64,000 nucleotides of DNA from Alphaproteobacteria bacterium (GTDB lineage Bacteria > Pseudomonadota > Alphaproteobacteria > SHVV01). Below are positions 33,366-43,310 of the stretch, piece by piece; within the stretch, counting starts at the first letter, position 1, and every line of letters starts with the position of its first letter. The translations under genes were made by a program, and so were the position numbers. Location: positions 672,001-736,000 of the forward strand of contig OZ253470.1 of NCBI GenBank assembly GCA_965261735.1, written 5' to 3'. The notes beneath the pieces were generated by a model. That model searched no databases, was not told the DNA's origin, and saw nothing but the letters and a program-made list of their open reading frames with translations.

Positions 33366-34472
33366 CTTGCCTATCCGGTTAACGCCCATGACCGCTACAT
33401 GTAGGGTGCCACCACTCTCCCGAGTAAAGCTCGGCATAGGTTGGAGCAGAGGTGTCGCCCGCGATGCCGAGCAATGAGCGGAAGGCGTTGAACGGGTAGA
33501 ACCGCCTGTTGAAGCGGAAGGTGAACTCGTTGAGGTAGGCTTGTAGGTGCTGGTGGCTAACGCCGTGGTGGATACCGATCAGCCACGTCTTCAGGTTGGC
33601 GAAAACCAGATGGATGATCGGCAGGTATTGCTCGGCAACCTCTGGATCACCACACTCGGCAACAGCGAAGTGCTCATAGCCGCGCTTACCGAGGCCAGCA
33701 TAGCCGCTCCAATCGTCAGTAACGATCAGCGATCGCGGCGCGACGGTGCTCTCGACGAACCCACAGAGCGACTCGGCGCTACGGTCGAGCACGACGGCGA
33801 GCCGAACGCGTCCGGCATAGCGTCCGTCTTTCCGGTTGTCGAGCTTGGTGCCCGGCTTTCGATGACGCACCTCGATGGCACAGGAGACGGGAACCTTGTG
33901 GTGAACACCACGGCCTTCCCCACGCGTTCGCCCGCCAACCCAGGTTTCGTCCACCTCAACATGGTTCTTGGGCTGTCCACCGATCCTGTCTTGGTTGGGC
34001 CGCACCATGCCCGAGCGGAGCTTGTGGAGAATTTGAAAGGCCGTCTCGTAGCGCGAAAGACCAAGTTGCCGCTGAAACTGCACGGCGGACATGCCGGGCG
34101 TCTGACTGGCGACCAGATAAGCGGCCCAGAACCAGACGTTCAGCGGAGTGTGGCTACGCTCCATCACTGTTCCCACCGTCAGCCCGGTGTTCTGGCGGCA
34201 CTTGCGGTAGCGCAGGACGCCAGGGCGGTTTTCAAAGTGGAACGGCTCTCCCGCCGTGCCGCAGTGCGGGCAGGCAAAGCCGTCTCCCCAGCGGGCTTTC
34301 TCCAGGTAGGTGGCGCAGGCCGCATCATCGGGGAAAAGTCGCTGGAACTCGGGTAGCGAATGCGGGAATGGGAGATCGGCGCGGTCGAGAACATCCATGG
34401 CGCGCTCCCCTATATCCGGGTTGCGCCCATTCTAGCCCTAGTGGGTGTGGGTGTGTAAACCGGATAGGCAAG
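33366..34472 (-). mobile_element. IS1595-family element, copy 3; transposase 33379-34398 with Zn-ribbon Cys-to-Tyr change
   Basis: IRs; 8-bp TSD GGTCATTC (33358-33365, 34473-34480). Confidence 0.95.
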
Positions 34473-34546
34473 GGTCATTCCTGTGTCTGACTTCGGCGGC
34501 GCGGCGCGCCGGCCTTGCGGGTCGGCTGGCAGATTGTTGCCTTAGA

Positions 34547-34575
34547 CATTAGGTGCGCACCTCCCGGTCGTCAAG
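34547..34575 (-). promoter_or_regulatory. candidate native trxA promoter (RpoH-like)
   Basis: CTTGAC-N16-CCTAATG resembles the alphaproteobacterial CTTGAA-N16-CCTATAT consensus. Confidence 0.45.
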
Positions 34576-34583
34576 CCGAGGGC

Positions 34584-37500
34584 TTAGGGAGGTGCGATAT
34601 CGAGCATTGATTCCGGTAGCGGTATCAGTGCCGGACCCTCCGTCCAAATCAGGGCACACCGCATTGTTTTTCCCGGATAAATCTCTGACAGCGCCGCCCT
34701 GTAGGCGGACATCTGCGCCAGGTGGGAGGGTGCAACATCTCGTGCCGCTAGCGGAGCGCGACCGGTCTTGAAATCGACCAGGAACACCTCGTGCGCGGTC
34801 ACCGCGAGACGGTCGATTCGCCCCGAGATGGTGCGCTCGCCGACCTGGCCGGTGATCGCCACCTCGGCTCGCGAATGCGGCCCGAATAGGACCGAAAAAT
34901 CAGGATGGGCGAGAACGCCGAGGACCTCGGCGACGATCGCGGCCCGCGCCGGCGCACTCAGTTCGGGCGCGCGCTCGGCGAGAATACGGCGCGCGGCCGG
35001 GGCTCGCCCGTCACCGGGAAGCGAGGGCAGCGCCTGGAGCAGGGCGTGGACGAGGCGGCCGCGCCGGCGGCGCTCAGCCGTATCCTCGTCGGGCGAGGAG
35101 GGCGCGCCATCGATCTCTGGTCGCGAGGGCGCCAGCGGGCTTGCGGGAGCTGGCTCGCGCGCCGGTTCTCTCCCGGCCCACGCCGGCAACGGCGTCTCCG
35201 CCGGCGCCTCGACACCCGCGGGCTCGGCCTTGTCGGGCGCCGCCTCCTGGCGTGCCGCCAGCCTCAATCCGGGCCGGCCGTCGGCCAGCGTCACCCGCTC
35301 CGCCACGCCGGCGAGACCGCTCTCGATCAGGTTGTACCAGCAGCCGGGATCGAGCTTGGGCTGGGCCCGCCAGCCGCAGACGTAGAGTCGGTCCTCGGCC
35401 CGCGTCATCGCCACGTACAGGAGACGGCGGTATTCCTGGTCGCGGCGCCGGCGCGCCTCGTCGCGGGCGCGCCGCGAGACCGCGTCCTCCATGTCCCGTC
35501 GCGGCGGCCATAGCAGCGCGGCCTCGTGTTCGCCGAGCCACAGCAGGCGTTCGTCCGCGCCCGGGGTGCGGCACGTATCGGGCAGAAACACGATCGGCGC
35601 CTCCAGGCCCTTGGCCCCGTGCACCGTCATGACCCGGACCTCGTCGCGGCCCTGTTCCATGTCGCGCACGATCTCGGCCGGCTGGGCATCGAGCCAATGC
35701 AAAAAGCCCTGGAGCGAGGGTACGTGATCGCGCTCGAAGGCGAGTGCGAGCGCGAGGAACTCATCGATGGGATCGTTGACCTGCGCGCCGAGGCGAGCGT
35801 GCAGCTTGCGCCGCCCCTCGCCGGCGCCGAGAACCTCGGCGAAAAACTCGAACGGCGGCGTGTAGTCGGCGCGTGCCAGCAGGCCGGCCAGCCATTCGTG
35901 CGAGCGCCCGAAGAGCGTACGCTCGTCGGCGCGCGCCACGAGCGTGCGCCACAACGAGCGCTCGCGCCCATGGGCGAGGTCGAAAAGGGCGGCGTCATCG
36001 AAGCCGACGAGTGGCGATTTCAGCACCACCGCGAGGGTCAGGTCGTCGTCGGGCAGGAGAACGAAGCGGCCCAGGGCCATGAGGTCCATCACCGCGAGCT
36101 GCTCGGTCAGGATCATGCGATCGATTCCGGCAACGGTGACGTCGCGCGCCTTGAGCGCCCGCACCATGTCCTCGACGAAGCCCGAACGGCGCTGGACCAG
36201 GATCAGGATGTCGCCGGGGCGGATCGGCCGGCCCCGCGAGGGCAACCGCTCGCCGCTCTCGAGCCAGGCCACGATCCGGGTCGCGATGTCGCCCGCGAGC
36301 TCGGCCGAGGGGCTGTGGCTCGGTACCGCGGCGACGGGTGGCGACCAGGCCGCGGGCGCGGGCGCCGTCTTGCCGGTCGTCGCCGGCCACAGCTCGACCA
36401 GCCCGGCCTGACCCTCGCGCTCGGGCACGTGGTGCACGGCGCCACCGTCGAGTAGCACGCCGTCGCGGGCGGTCGCGCTGGCGAAGACACGGTCCACGCC
36501 CATTAGCACCGGTTGTGCCGACCGGAACGAGCGCTCCAACGCGACCGGCCGCCAGTCCTGCCCGGCCTCGCGGACGCGGCGCGCGAAGGTATCGCGCCAG
36601 CGCGCAAAGCCGGACGGGTCGGCGCCCTGGAAGCTAAAGATCGATTGTTTGGCATCGCCGACCGCGAAGACCGTGCGGCCACCGGCGCGTGCGCCGACAC
36701 CGGCAAAGAACTCGTCGGCCAGCGCGGCGATCACCTGCCACTGCTCCGGACTGGTGTCCTGGGCCTCGTCGATCAGGATGTGATCGAGGCCGCCGTCGAG
36801 CTTGTAGAGCACCCACGGGGCGAGCCCGTCGCCGCGCAGTAGGTCGCGCGCACGCAGGATCAGGTCGTCGTAGTCGAGCAGCGCGTGGCGCGCCTTGGCC
36901 GCGGCGTAGGCGCCGATCAGCGCCTCGCCCAGGGTGAGCAGGGCTTGGGTCGCGGCGTACACCTGCAGCCGCTTGAGGCGGTCGCGCACCCGGTCCAGGC
37001 GCTCGGCCTCGCGCGCCAGCACCGCGTCCGCGCCCGGCGCTAAGTCCAGAGCCACCTTGTGGATCAGGGACCGGAATCGATCGCCGGCCCCGTGGTCCTT
37101 GAAGAACGCGCCGAAATACTCATCGAGCCCCGCGCCTCTCGCCGCAGGCTCGGACAGCCAGTGTGCGATCGTGGCGCCGTGCGCGCGGTCCTGGGCGCCG
37201 CCTCGGCGCATCGCCTCGGCGGCCGCGGAGAGGCCACGCCCGTCGATGCTCGGGTCATGACAGGCCGCTCCGAGGGCCGAAGGGCGATCCTCATGGGGCG
37301 CGAGCCCAAGAGCGCCGCGCGTCGCCGCCGCCGGGCCGTCCGGCCCGCGCGCGCGGGCGCCGACCCACCGCAGTCGGCCTCGCGCCGAGGTGACATCGCC
37401 GATCAGCTCGGCGAATCTCTGCTCGCCGAGGTGCGAGGTAACTTCCGCGAGCGCGGCCGCGAGCTCAGGGTCGCCGCCCCTGCGGGCACGCGCCAGCACC

Positions 37501-37964
37501 TCATCGCGGGCGGCGCCGAGCAGCTCGGCCGTCGTGCGCTCGTCCATGACCGAGAAGTGGGGCGCCAGACCGGCTTCGAGCGGAAACCGCGCGAGCAGGG
37601 ATTCGCAGAACGCGTGGATCGTCTTCACCTTGAGCCCATCGGGCGCATCGAGGACGCGCGCGAACAACCGCCGCGCGCGCTCGATCTCGTCCGCTTCGGG
37701 CGCGCGGCCGCTCAGGCCGGTGAGCGCCGCGACCAGGCCGGCCTCGGGCAGGATCGCCCACTCGCCCAAGCGCTGATGCACGCGGTTGGCGATCTCGGCC
37801 GAGGCCGCCTTGGTGAAGGTGAGGCACAGGAGCCGGCCGACCGGCGCCCCCGCGAGCAACAGCCGCAAGACGCGGTCGGTGAGCACGAAGGTCTTGCCGG
37901 TGCCGGCCGAGGCCGCGACCCACGCCGAGGCGCGCGGATCGGACGCGTCGTGCTGGGCGGTCAT
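34584..37964 (-). CDS. addA: helicase-nuclease AddA
   Basis: ASAGTGKT, IDEAQDT, VGDAKQSIF, TVHGAKGLE, GRIDRL...VDFKT; ATG overlaps addB stop. Confidence 0.96.
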   Translation of the reverse strand: MTAQHDASDPRASAWVAASAGTGKTFVLTDRVLRLLLAGAPVGRLLCLTFTKAASAEIANRVHQRLGEWAILPEAGLVAALTGLSGRAPEADEIERARRLFARVLDAPDGLKVKTIHAFCESLLARFPLEAGLAPHFSVMDERTTAELLGAARDEVLARARRGGDPELAAALAEVTSHLGEQRFAELIGDVTSARGRLRWVGARARGPDGPAAATRGALGLAPHEDRPSALGAACHDPSIDGRGLSAAAEAMRRGGAQDRAHGATIAHWLSEPAARGAGLDEYFGAFFKDHGAGDRFRSLIHKVALDLAPGADAVLAREAERLDRVRDRLKRLQVYAATQALLTLGEALIGAYAAAKARHALLDYDDLILRARDLLRGDGLAPWVLYKLDGGLDHILIDEAQDTSPEQWQVIAALADEFFAGVGARAGGRTVFAVGDAKQSIFSFQGADPSGFARWRDTFARRVREAGQDWRPVALERSFRSAQPVLMGVDRVFASATARDGVLLDGGAVHHVPEREGQAGLVELWPATTGKTAPAPAAWSPPVAAVPSHSPSAELAGDIATRIVAWLESGERLPSRGRPIRPGDILILVQRRSGFVEDMVRALKARDVTVAGIDRMILTEQLAVMDLMALGRFVLLPDDDLTLAVVLKSPLVGFDDAALFDLAHGRERSLWRTLVARADERTLFGRSHEWLAGLLARADYTPPFEFFAEVLGAGEGRRKLHARLGAQVNDPIDEFLALALAFERDHVPSLQGFLHWLDAQPAEIVRDMEQGRDEVRVMTVHGAKGLEAPIVFLPDTCRTPGADERLLWLGEHEAALLWPPRRDMEDAVSRRARDEARRRRDQEYRRLLYVAMTRAEDRLYVCGWRAQPKLDPGCWYNLIESGLAGVAERVTLADGRPGLRLAARQEAAPDKAEPAGVEAPAETPLPAWAGREPAREPAPASPLAPSRPEIDGAPSSPDEDTAERRRRGRLVHALLQALPSLPGDGRAPAARRILAERAPELSAPARAAIVAEVLGVLAHPDFSVLFGPHSRAEVAITGQVGERTISGRIDRLAVTAHEVFLVDFKTGRAPLAARDVAPSHLAQMSAYRAALSEIYPGKTMRCALIWTEGPALIPLPESMLDIAPP

Positions 37965-40900
37965 GAGTCTTCGGCGCCCGCGTCCGACCACTCGGCGACG
38001 CGGGCGAGATGGTGATAGTCGGGATAGGCGCGGGCGAAGCCGGGGCGCGGGTAGGCGAGATAGGGCGTGGCGGGATCGTCGAAGGCGGCGATGAGCGCTT
38101 CGAGGCCGGCGCGGGCCTCTTCTCCGAGGACCGTGGCGTCCTCTTTGATTTGCTTGATCTCGCCCGCCGGGTCGCCGCCGGCGAGGCGCCAAAAGCAGAG
38201 CGCCGCCACCGGCGCTGCGCCGAGACCGTCGAATCCGCCCGCGGCCGCGATGGCGGCCTCCAGGGGTAGTTGCGGCGCGACCCCGGCCCGCACGTCCTTT
38301 TGCGTCGGCAGCGCGCCGGTCTTGTAATCGATGAGCACGAGGCGACCATCGTCGCGAACGTCGATGCGATCGGCCCGCGCCGTGAGCTTGAAGGGCCCGG
38401 CCGGGGCGGCAACGACGAGCTCGCCCGTTAGCTCGCCGCCGAGCGGGCGGGCACCGCTCCGAAGGCCGGGTTCGGTGGCCACGAGCCAGCCGGCAATGCG
38501 CTCGAATCGCGGCCACCAGAAGGCCCACACGCCGGGAAAGGCGAGCACCGATTCGAACTCGTCCCGGCCGATGTCGAGAAGGCGCTGGAGCGCATCGGGC
38601 GGCCACGCGTCGATGGCCTCGTGAAGGAAGCGCTCGAGAACGCGGTGGATGAGCTTGCCGCGCTCGGCCGCGCCGGGGTCGGCCTCGAGCGGATCGAGGG
38701 GCCTCAGCCGCAGGATGTCGCGCGCGAAAACCGCGTAGGGATCGCGCATCAGCGTCTCGATCCGCGTCACCGACAGCTTGCGTGGGCGCGCCTCGATCGG
38801 CGGCGCGAAGCTGGGCGCGGGCGCCGGCGCGATACGGTCGGGGCGGTCAAGCCGGCCCTGCCAGCCGAGGCTCGCCGCCGGCTGGGGCCCCCAGGCGCGG
38901 CCCGCGCCCGCCAACGCCGTCCTCAGGCGCAACAGCCAGCGCGCAGGCACGGTCGGCGTCCCGTCGACCTTGGTGCTGCGGCACAGAACCACGCGCGGCG
39001 CCGCCGCCGCTTGGACGAAATCGTGCGCACTGAGGCCGATACGCCGCTCCGGCGGCGACAGCCCGAAGGCGGCGCGCATGGGCCGGCTGAGCCAAGGATC
39101 GCTGACCGGCTCGGGCGGCCAGGTACCCTCGTTGAGCCCGCCGAGGATGAGCAGGTCGGCCTGCTGTAGGCGCGCCTCCAATGGCCCCCAGATGTGAAGC
39201 CGGAGGTGGCGGCCGAAGCGCGGCCGCACGGCCCGTCCTTCGAGCAAGGACTCGAGCAATGCCAGATAGGAGGTGCCGGGCAGCGCCGGGGCATCGGACG
39301 CCGCCAGGCCCGCCTCCTCGAAAAACATTGCCGCCGCGAACCCGGCCTCGCCGGCCCACAAGCGCTCGGCCCCGCTCTCGTCTGCGGTCGCAGCGAGGTA
39401 TTCGGCGAAGGCCAGGTGGCGCGCCAACAGATCGCCGAGGCGAGCCCGCGGCGAGGCTATCGCCGCCGCGAAGGGCTCGAATGCGCGGGCGAGCGCGGCG
39501 AGCCGGTCGACGAGGCCGGACGGCACGCGCGCGCCGTCGTGTTGCATTGCCTGCGCCAGGGCGTGCGCCAGGCCCGCGAATCCGGCGGCCGGGCGCGGGC
39601 CGTGCAGGACCAGCGTCTCGAGCGCGCGGACCTGGGCCTTAAAACGCCCCGGCGCGAGGCCACCGGCCGCGAGTGGATGCTTCAGGCACGCGAGCAGGGC
39701 GACGGGCGCGACCTCCTCGACGGCAAGGGCCGCGGTGAGGCGGAGGAACGCGCCGGGCGGTGTCGCGACGAGCGGCTGACCCGCCGAATCGTCGACCTCG
39801 ATCCGCCACCGCCGGAGCTCGGCGCCGACCCGGCGGGCAAGAGCGCGATCGGGCGTCACCAGGGCGGCCGTCCGACCCGGCGCTTCCAGCGCCTCGCGCA
39901 TGAGTAGCGCGATCGTTCCCGCCTCCTCGTGCGGACCGGGGCAATCGATCCAGGTCAAGCCGTCGAGCGCGGAGGCCGGCGGTGGCGCCGAATCGAGCCA
40001 CGCCGGTGCCGTGGCCGCCGGTCCCAGTGCCCGGCCGAGGAGCGCGACGCGGCCCACGGGCGCGGCGACAGGTACGGCCGTCGGCCAGTCGGCAACCGCG
40101 TTACGGCTGGCGCCTATGCGCTCGAGGAGTTGCTTCATGCCGAACTGGGGATGGGTCGCATCGAGGGCGTCCCAGCTCTGCTCGTCCATGTCGCGGTCGA
40201 GGCCCGGCAGCAGGACCGCGCCCCGGGGCACGCGGGCGACGACATCGAGCAGCTCGGCGGTCGCCGGGATACTGCCCGTGGAGCCCGCCGCGATCACCGG
40301 GTCCTCGGGCGGCGCTGCACGCCAGCGCGCGGCGAGCGCGGCCCGCGCGCGGTCGCGCCGATCGGCGGGATCGAGGAAGCCGTGCTCGGCCAGGATGTCG
40401 GGCCAGTGGCGGGTGAGGATGCCGAGAAAATCCACCGTGATCTGCCAATGGGCGGCGTAGTCCTCGGGCACGAGATTCTCGAGGGCGTCGAAGCCGACGC
40501 GCTCGGTGTGGACCTGATCGAGAAAGCGGGCGAGCGCGGCGGCAAGCCGTGCCGCCTGGGCCACGTCCATCGCCGGCCGGCCACCCGCGCGCCGCTCGGC
40601 ATCGAACTTCAGGACGAGGCGGGTGAGCAGGAGCTGACGCCTGAGCGGTGGGATAGCCGGGGATAGGCCCGGCGCGCCGGCACCGGCGGCCGCCGGCTCT
40701 TCGGGCGCGGCGATGAACCCGTCCTCATCGTCGAGGTCACCGAGCGGGCGCATGGTCGGCAGGAGGAGCGGCGCACCGCGGCTCGCGCGCAGGAGCGCCT
40801 CGCCGAGGGCGCGGCAGGCGCGCCGCGTCGGCAGCAGCACGGTGACGCCACTGAGCCCTAGCGGCTCGGCGCGATAGCGCGCCCACAGGCTCGCCGCCAG

Positions 40901-40969
40901 CGCGTCGACGAACGGGGTGCCCGGAGGAAGCGTGTAGACGCGCGGTGGGGACGCTTCGGGCACGCGCAT
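37961..40969 (-). CDS. addB: double-strand break repair protein AddB
   Basis: LLPTRRACR, AGSTGSIPAT, ADRID...IDYKTG, PQLPLEA. Confidence 0.95.
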   Translation of the reverse strand: MRVPEASPPRVYTLPPGTPFVDALAASLWARYRAEPLGLSGVTVLLPTRRACRALGEALLRASRGAPLLLPTMRPLGDLDDEDGFIAAPEEPAAAGAGAPGLSPAIPPLRRQLLLTRLVLKFDAERRAGGRPAMDVAQAARLAAALARFLDQVHTERVGFDALENLVPEDYAAHWQITVDFLGILTRHWPDILAEHGFLDPADRRDRARAALAARWRAAPPEDPVIAAGSTGSIPATAELLDVVARVPRGAVLLPGLDRDMDEQSWDALDATHPQFGMKQLLERIGASRNAVADWPTAVPVAAPVGRVALLGRALGPAATAPAWLDSAPPPASALDGLTWIDCPGPHEEAGTIALLMREALEAPGRTAALVTPDRALARRVGAELRRWRIEVDDSAGQPLVATPPGAFLRLTAALAVEEVAPVALLACLKHPLAAGGLAPGRFKAQVRALETLVLHGPRPAAGFAGLAHALAQAMQHDGARVPSGLVDRLAALARAFEPFAAAIASPRARLGDLLARHLAFAEYLAATADESGAERLWAGEAGFAAAMFFEEAGLAASDAPALPGTSYLALLESLLEGRAVRPRFGRHLRLHIWGPLEARLQQADLLILGGLNEGTWPPEPVSDPWLSRPMRAAFGLSPPERRIGLSAHDFVQAAAAPRVVLCRSTKVDGTPTVPARWLLRLRTALAGAGRAWGPQPAASLGWQGRLDRPDRIAPAPAPSFAPPIEARPRKLSVTRIETLMRDPYAVFARDILRLRPLDPLEADPGAAERGKLIHRVLERFLHEAIDAWPPDALQRLLDIGRDEFESVLAFPGVWAFWWPRFERIAGWLVATEPGLRSGARPLGGELTGELVVAAPAGPFKLTARADRIDVRDDGRLVLIDYKTGALPTQKDVRAGVAPQLPLEAAIAAAGGFDGLGAAPVAALCFWRLAGGDPAGEIKQIKEDATVLGEEARAGLEALIAAFDDPATPYLAYPRPGFARAYPDYHHLARVAEWSDAGAEDS

Positions 40970-40975
40970 CTCGGC

Positions 40976-41695
40976 TCAGGGTGCCTTGAGCAGGGCCTCT
41001 GCCGTCGCGATCGCGGCCGGAGAGCCGACGTGAACCCAGGCGCCATCGTGGCGCAACCCGAACAGCCGCCCCACGGCGGTGGCCGCGTCGTGCACCCGGT
41101 TGAGCGAATAGGCGCCGGGCGGCTGATCGGCGAACAGCCTGGGGTGAAGGATCTGCAGGCCGGCGAAGACGAACGGCGCGACCTCGCGCTCGCGGCGCCG
41201 GCGCAGCTTGCCGTTGGCTTCCATGTGGTAGTCGCCGGGCCCGCCGTAGCCGTGGGCGGTCGTGGTCGGGTGCATCAACAGGAGGGCGTCCATCTCGTCG
41301 TCGTTCCAGCGGCGGGCCAGGCGCAGCAGCGTGTTGGCGGTACCGTCGAGCCAGAGGACGTCACTGTTGATGACAAAGAAGGGCGACGCGCCGAGCAACC
41401 CTAACGCGTGGGCGACGCCGCCGCCGGTTTCCAGGAGCTCATGGGTCTCGTCCGAATAGACGACGTTCGGGTGCTCCCGCCCGGCGAGGTGGGTGCGCAC
41501 GTCGTCGGCCAAGTAGTGGAGGTTGACGACGACCGAGGCGACACGGGCCTGGACCAGGCGGTCGAGAATGCGATCGATCATCGTCCTGCCACCGACCTCG
41601 ATCAGCGGTTTGGGCCGCTCCAGCGTCAGCGGCCGCAAGCGGAGGCCGAGGCCGGCGGCCAGGACCATGGCCGAGTCCGGGTGCGTTCCGCCCAT
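40976..41695 (-). CDS. murU: nucleotidyltransferase (MurU-like)
   Basis: MVLAAGLGLRLRPLT..RPKPL, LLETGGG. Confidence 0.88.
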   Translation of the reverse strand: MGGTHPDSAMVLAAGLGLRLRPLTLERPKPLIEVGGRTMIDRILDRLVQARVASVVVNLHYLADDVRTHLAGREHPNVVYSDETHELLETGGGVAHALGLLGASPFFVINSDVLWLDGTANTLLRLARRWNDDEMDALLLMHPTTTAHGYGGPGDYHMEANGKLRRRREREVAPFVFAGLQILHPRLFADQPPGAYSLNRVHDAATAVGRLFGLRHDGAWVHVGSPAAIATAEALLKAP

Positions 41696-41705
41696 CACCG
41701 TCCGC

Positions 41706-42719
41706 TCAGGCGGTGGCGAGCGCGGGCGGCCGCGCCCGCATCTCGCTCGGAACGCGGGCATCGAACCAGGACTTGAGCTCGGCGAGCGCGGGGTGGCTGA
41801 GATCGCGCTCGAGGTGACGCCATACGCGCGGAATCAGAGACAAGTAGCGCGGCTTTCGGTCGCGCGCATAGAGGCGGGTGAAGATGCCGATGATCTTGGT
41901 GTTGCGCTGCGCGCCGAGGATCGCGTAGGCGGTGCGGAAGGCGGCTTCCGCGGGCCCACCGATGGCGCTGCCCTCGAGGTAGCGGCGGATCATCGCCGCA
42001 GCTAACGGCGCCGGCACGTCGCGCCGCGCGTCCTCGAGCAGCGAGACGAGATCGTAGGCAGCGGGACCGACGACCGCGTCCTGAAAGTCGAGGAGACCGA
42101 CCCGCGCCACGCTGCGCCGCGCCGCCAGCCACATCAGATTGTCGGCGTGATAATCGCGCAGGCACAACACTTGGGCGCCTGCGCGTGCGAGGTCGAAGAG
42201 CGGGCACCATAGTGACTCGAACTCGCCGCGGTCGCGGTCGCGCGGCGCCGAGTCGAGCGCCGGCAAATACCAGTCGGTAAACAACAGCGCTTCCGTCATC
42301 AGGCGCGCGTCGTCGTAGGGCGGCGCGAACGCGGGCGGCACAAGTCGATGGAGCGCGAGCAGCAGATCGATGGCCGCACCGTAGAGCCGGCCCGCATCGC
42401 CACCGGCGTCGACCACCCGCGAAAACGCCGCATCGCCCAGGTCCTCGAGGAGTACCAGACCGTTCAATTCATCGGCGGCGAGCACTTTAGGCGCGCTGAG
42501 GCCGTGGCGGCGCAAGTAACGCGCAATCGCGAGGAAGGGGACCACGTCCTCGTGCGCCGGCGGCGCATCCATCAGGACGGCGCTGCGACCGGCAACGCTT
42601 AGCCTGAGATAGCGGCGGAACGAGGCGTCGCCCGCCAGCGAATCGCGCGCCGCCTCGCCCCAGCCGTGGCAGTCGAGGAACGTCTCGACCAAGTGACTGC
42701 GCTCACCCGCGGTCATCAT
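41706..42719 (-). CDS. amgK: AmgK-like phosphotransferase
   Basis: LAGDASFRRY, RDYHADNL, LDFQDA. Confidence 0.88.
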   Translation of the reverse strand: MMTAGERSHLVETFLDCHGWGEAARDSLAGDASFRRYLRLSVAGRSAVLMDAPPAHEDVVPFLAIARYLRRHGLSAPKVLAADELNGLVLLEDLGDAAFSRVVDAGGDAGRLYGAAIDLLLALHRLVPPAFAPPYDDARLMTEALLFTDWYLPALDSAPRDRDRGEFESLWCPLFDLARAGAQVLCLRDYHADNLMWLAARRSVARVGLLDFQDAVVGPAAYDLVSLLEDARRDVPAPLAAAMIRRYLEGSAIGGPAEAAFRTAYAILGAQRNTKIIGIFTRLYARDRKPRYLSLIPRVWRHLERDLSHPALAELKSWFDARVPSEMRARPPALATA

Positions 42720-43207
42720 CCCGCCTCGTCGAGCGCCCCGAGGCGCACCGACCAGTCGCCCGAGGCGCGCACGAGCGCGGTCCGTTCCGCTTCCGCCGGG
42801 CCGATCTCGAGGCGCACCTCGAGGCTCTCGGGGGGTAGCAACGAACCCAACCGCTCAGGCCACTCGATCAAGCTGATGGCGTGGGCAAAGGCCTCTTCGA
42901 TGCCGAGCTCGTAGGCCTCCTCCGGCGCTTCAAGTCGGTACAGGTCGAAGTGCCAGACCTCGGCGCCGGCAAGCGCGTAGCTCTGGGCGAGCGTAAAGGT
43001 GGGGCTCGGCACGTCTTCGTCGGCGCCTCCGAGGGCGCGGATGAAGAAGCGGGCGAAGGTGGTTTTGCCGGCGCCGACCTCGCCGCTGAGCGCTATGACG
43101 TCGCCGGTACGGGCGAGTCCGGCGAGACGCCCGGCCAGCACCTCGCTCGCCGCGAGATCGGCGAGCGCGAATACGCGCGAGGCGGGGGCCCGTGGCGGCG
43201 CCGGCAT
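42716..43207 (-). CDS. tsaE: t6A ATPase TsaE
   Basis: GEVGAGKT, VPSPTFTL, HFDLYRL, IEWP. Confidence 0.93.
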   Translation of the reverse strand: MPAPPRAPASRVFALADLAASEVLAGRLAGLARTGDVIALSGEVGAGKTTFARFFIRALGGADEDVPSPTFTLAQSYALAGAEVWHFDLYRLEAPEEAYELGIEEAFAHAISLIEWPERLGSLLPPESLEVRLEIGPAEAERTALVRASGDWSVRLGALDEAG

Positions 43208-43310
43208 GGCGTTGTTGTAGCGCGGCCGACCGGGGCCCCGCAACCGAGCCGGCCCGGACGCCTTGATAAAGAGGCCGCACACGGCCATGTTACGCGCACC
43301 CTCGACGGTC

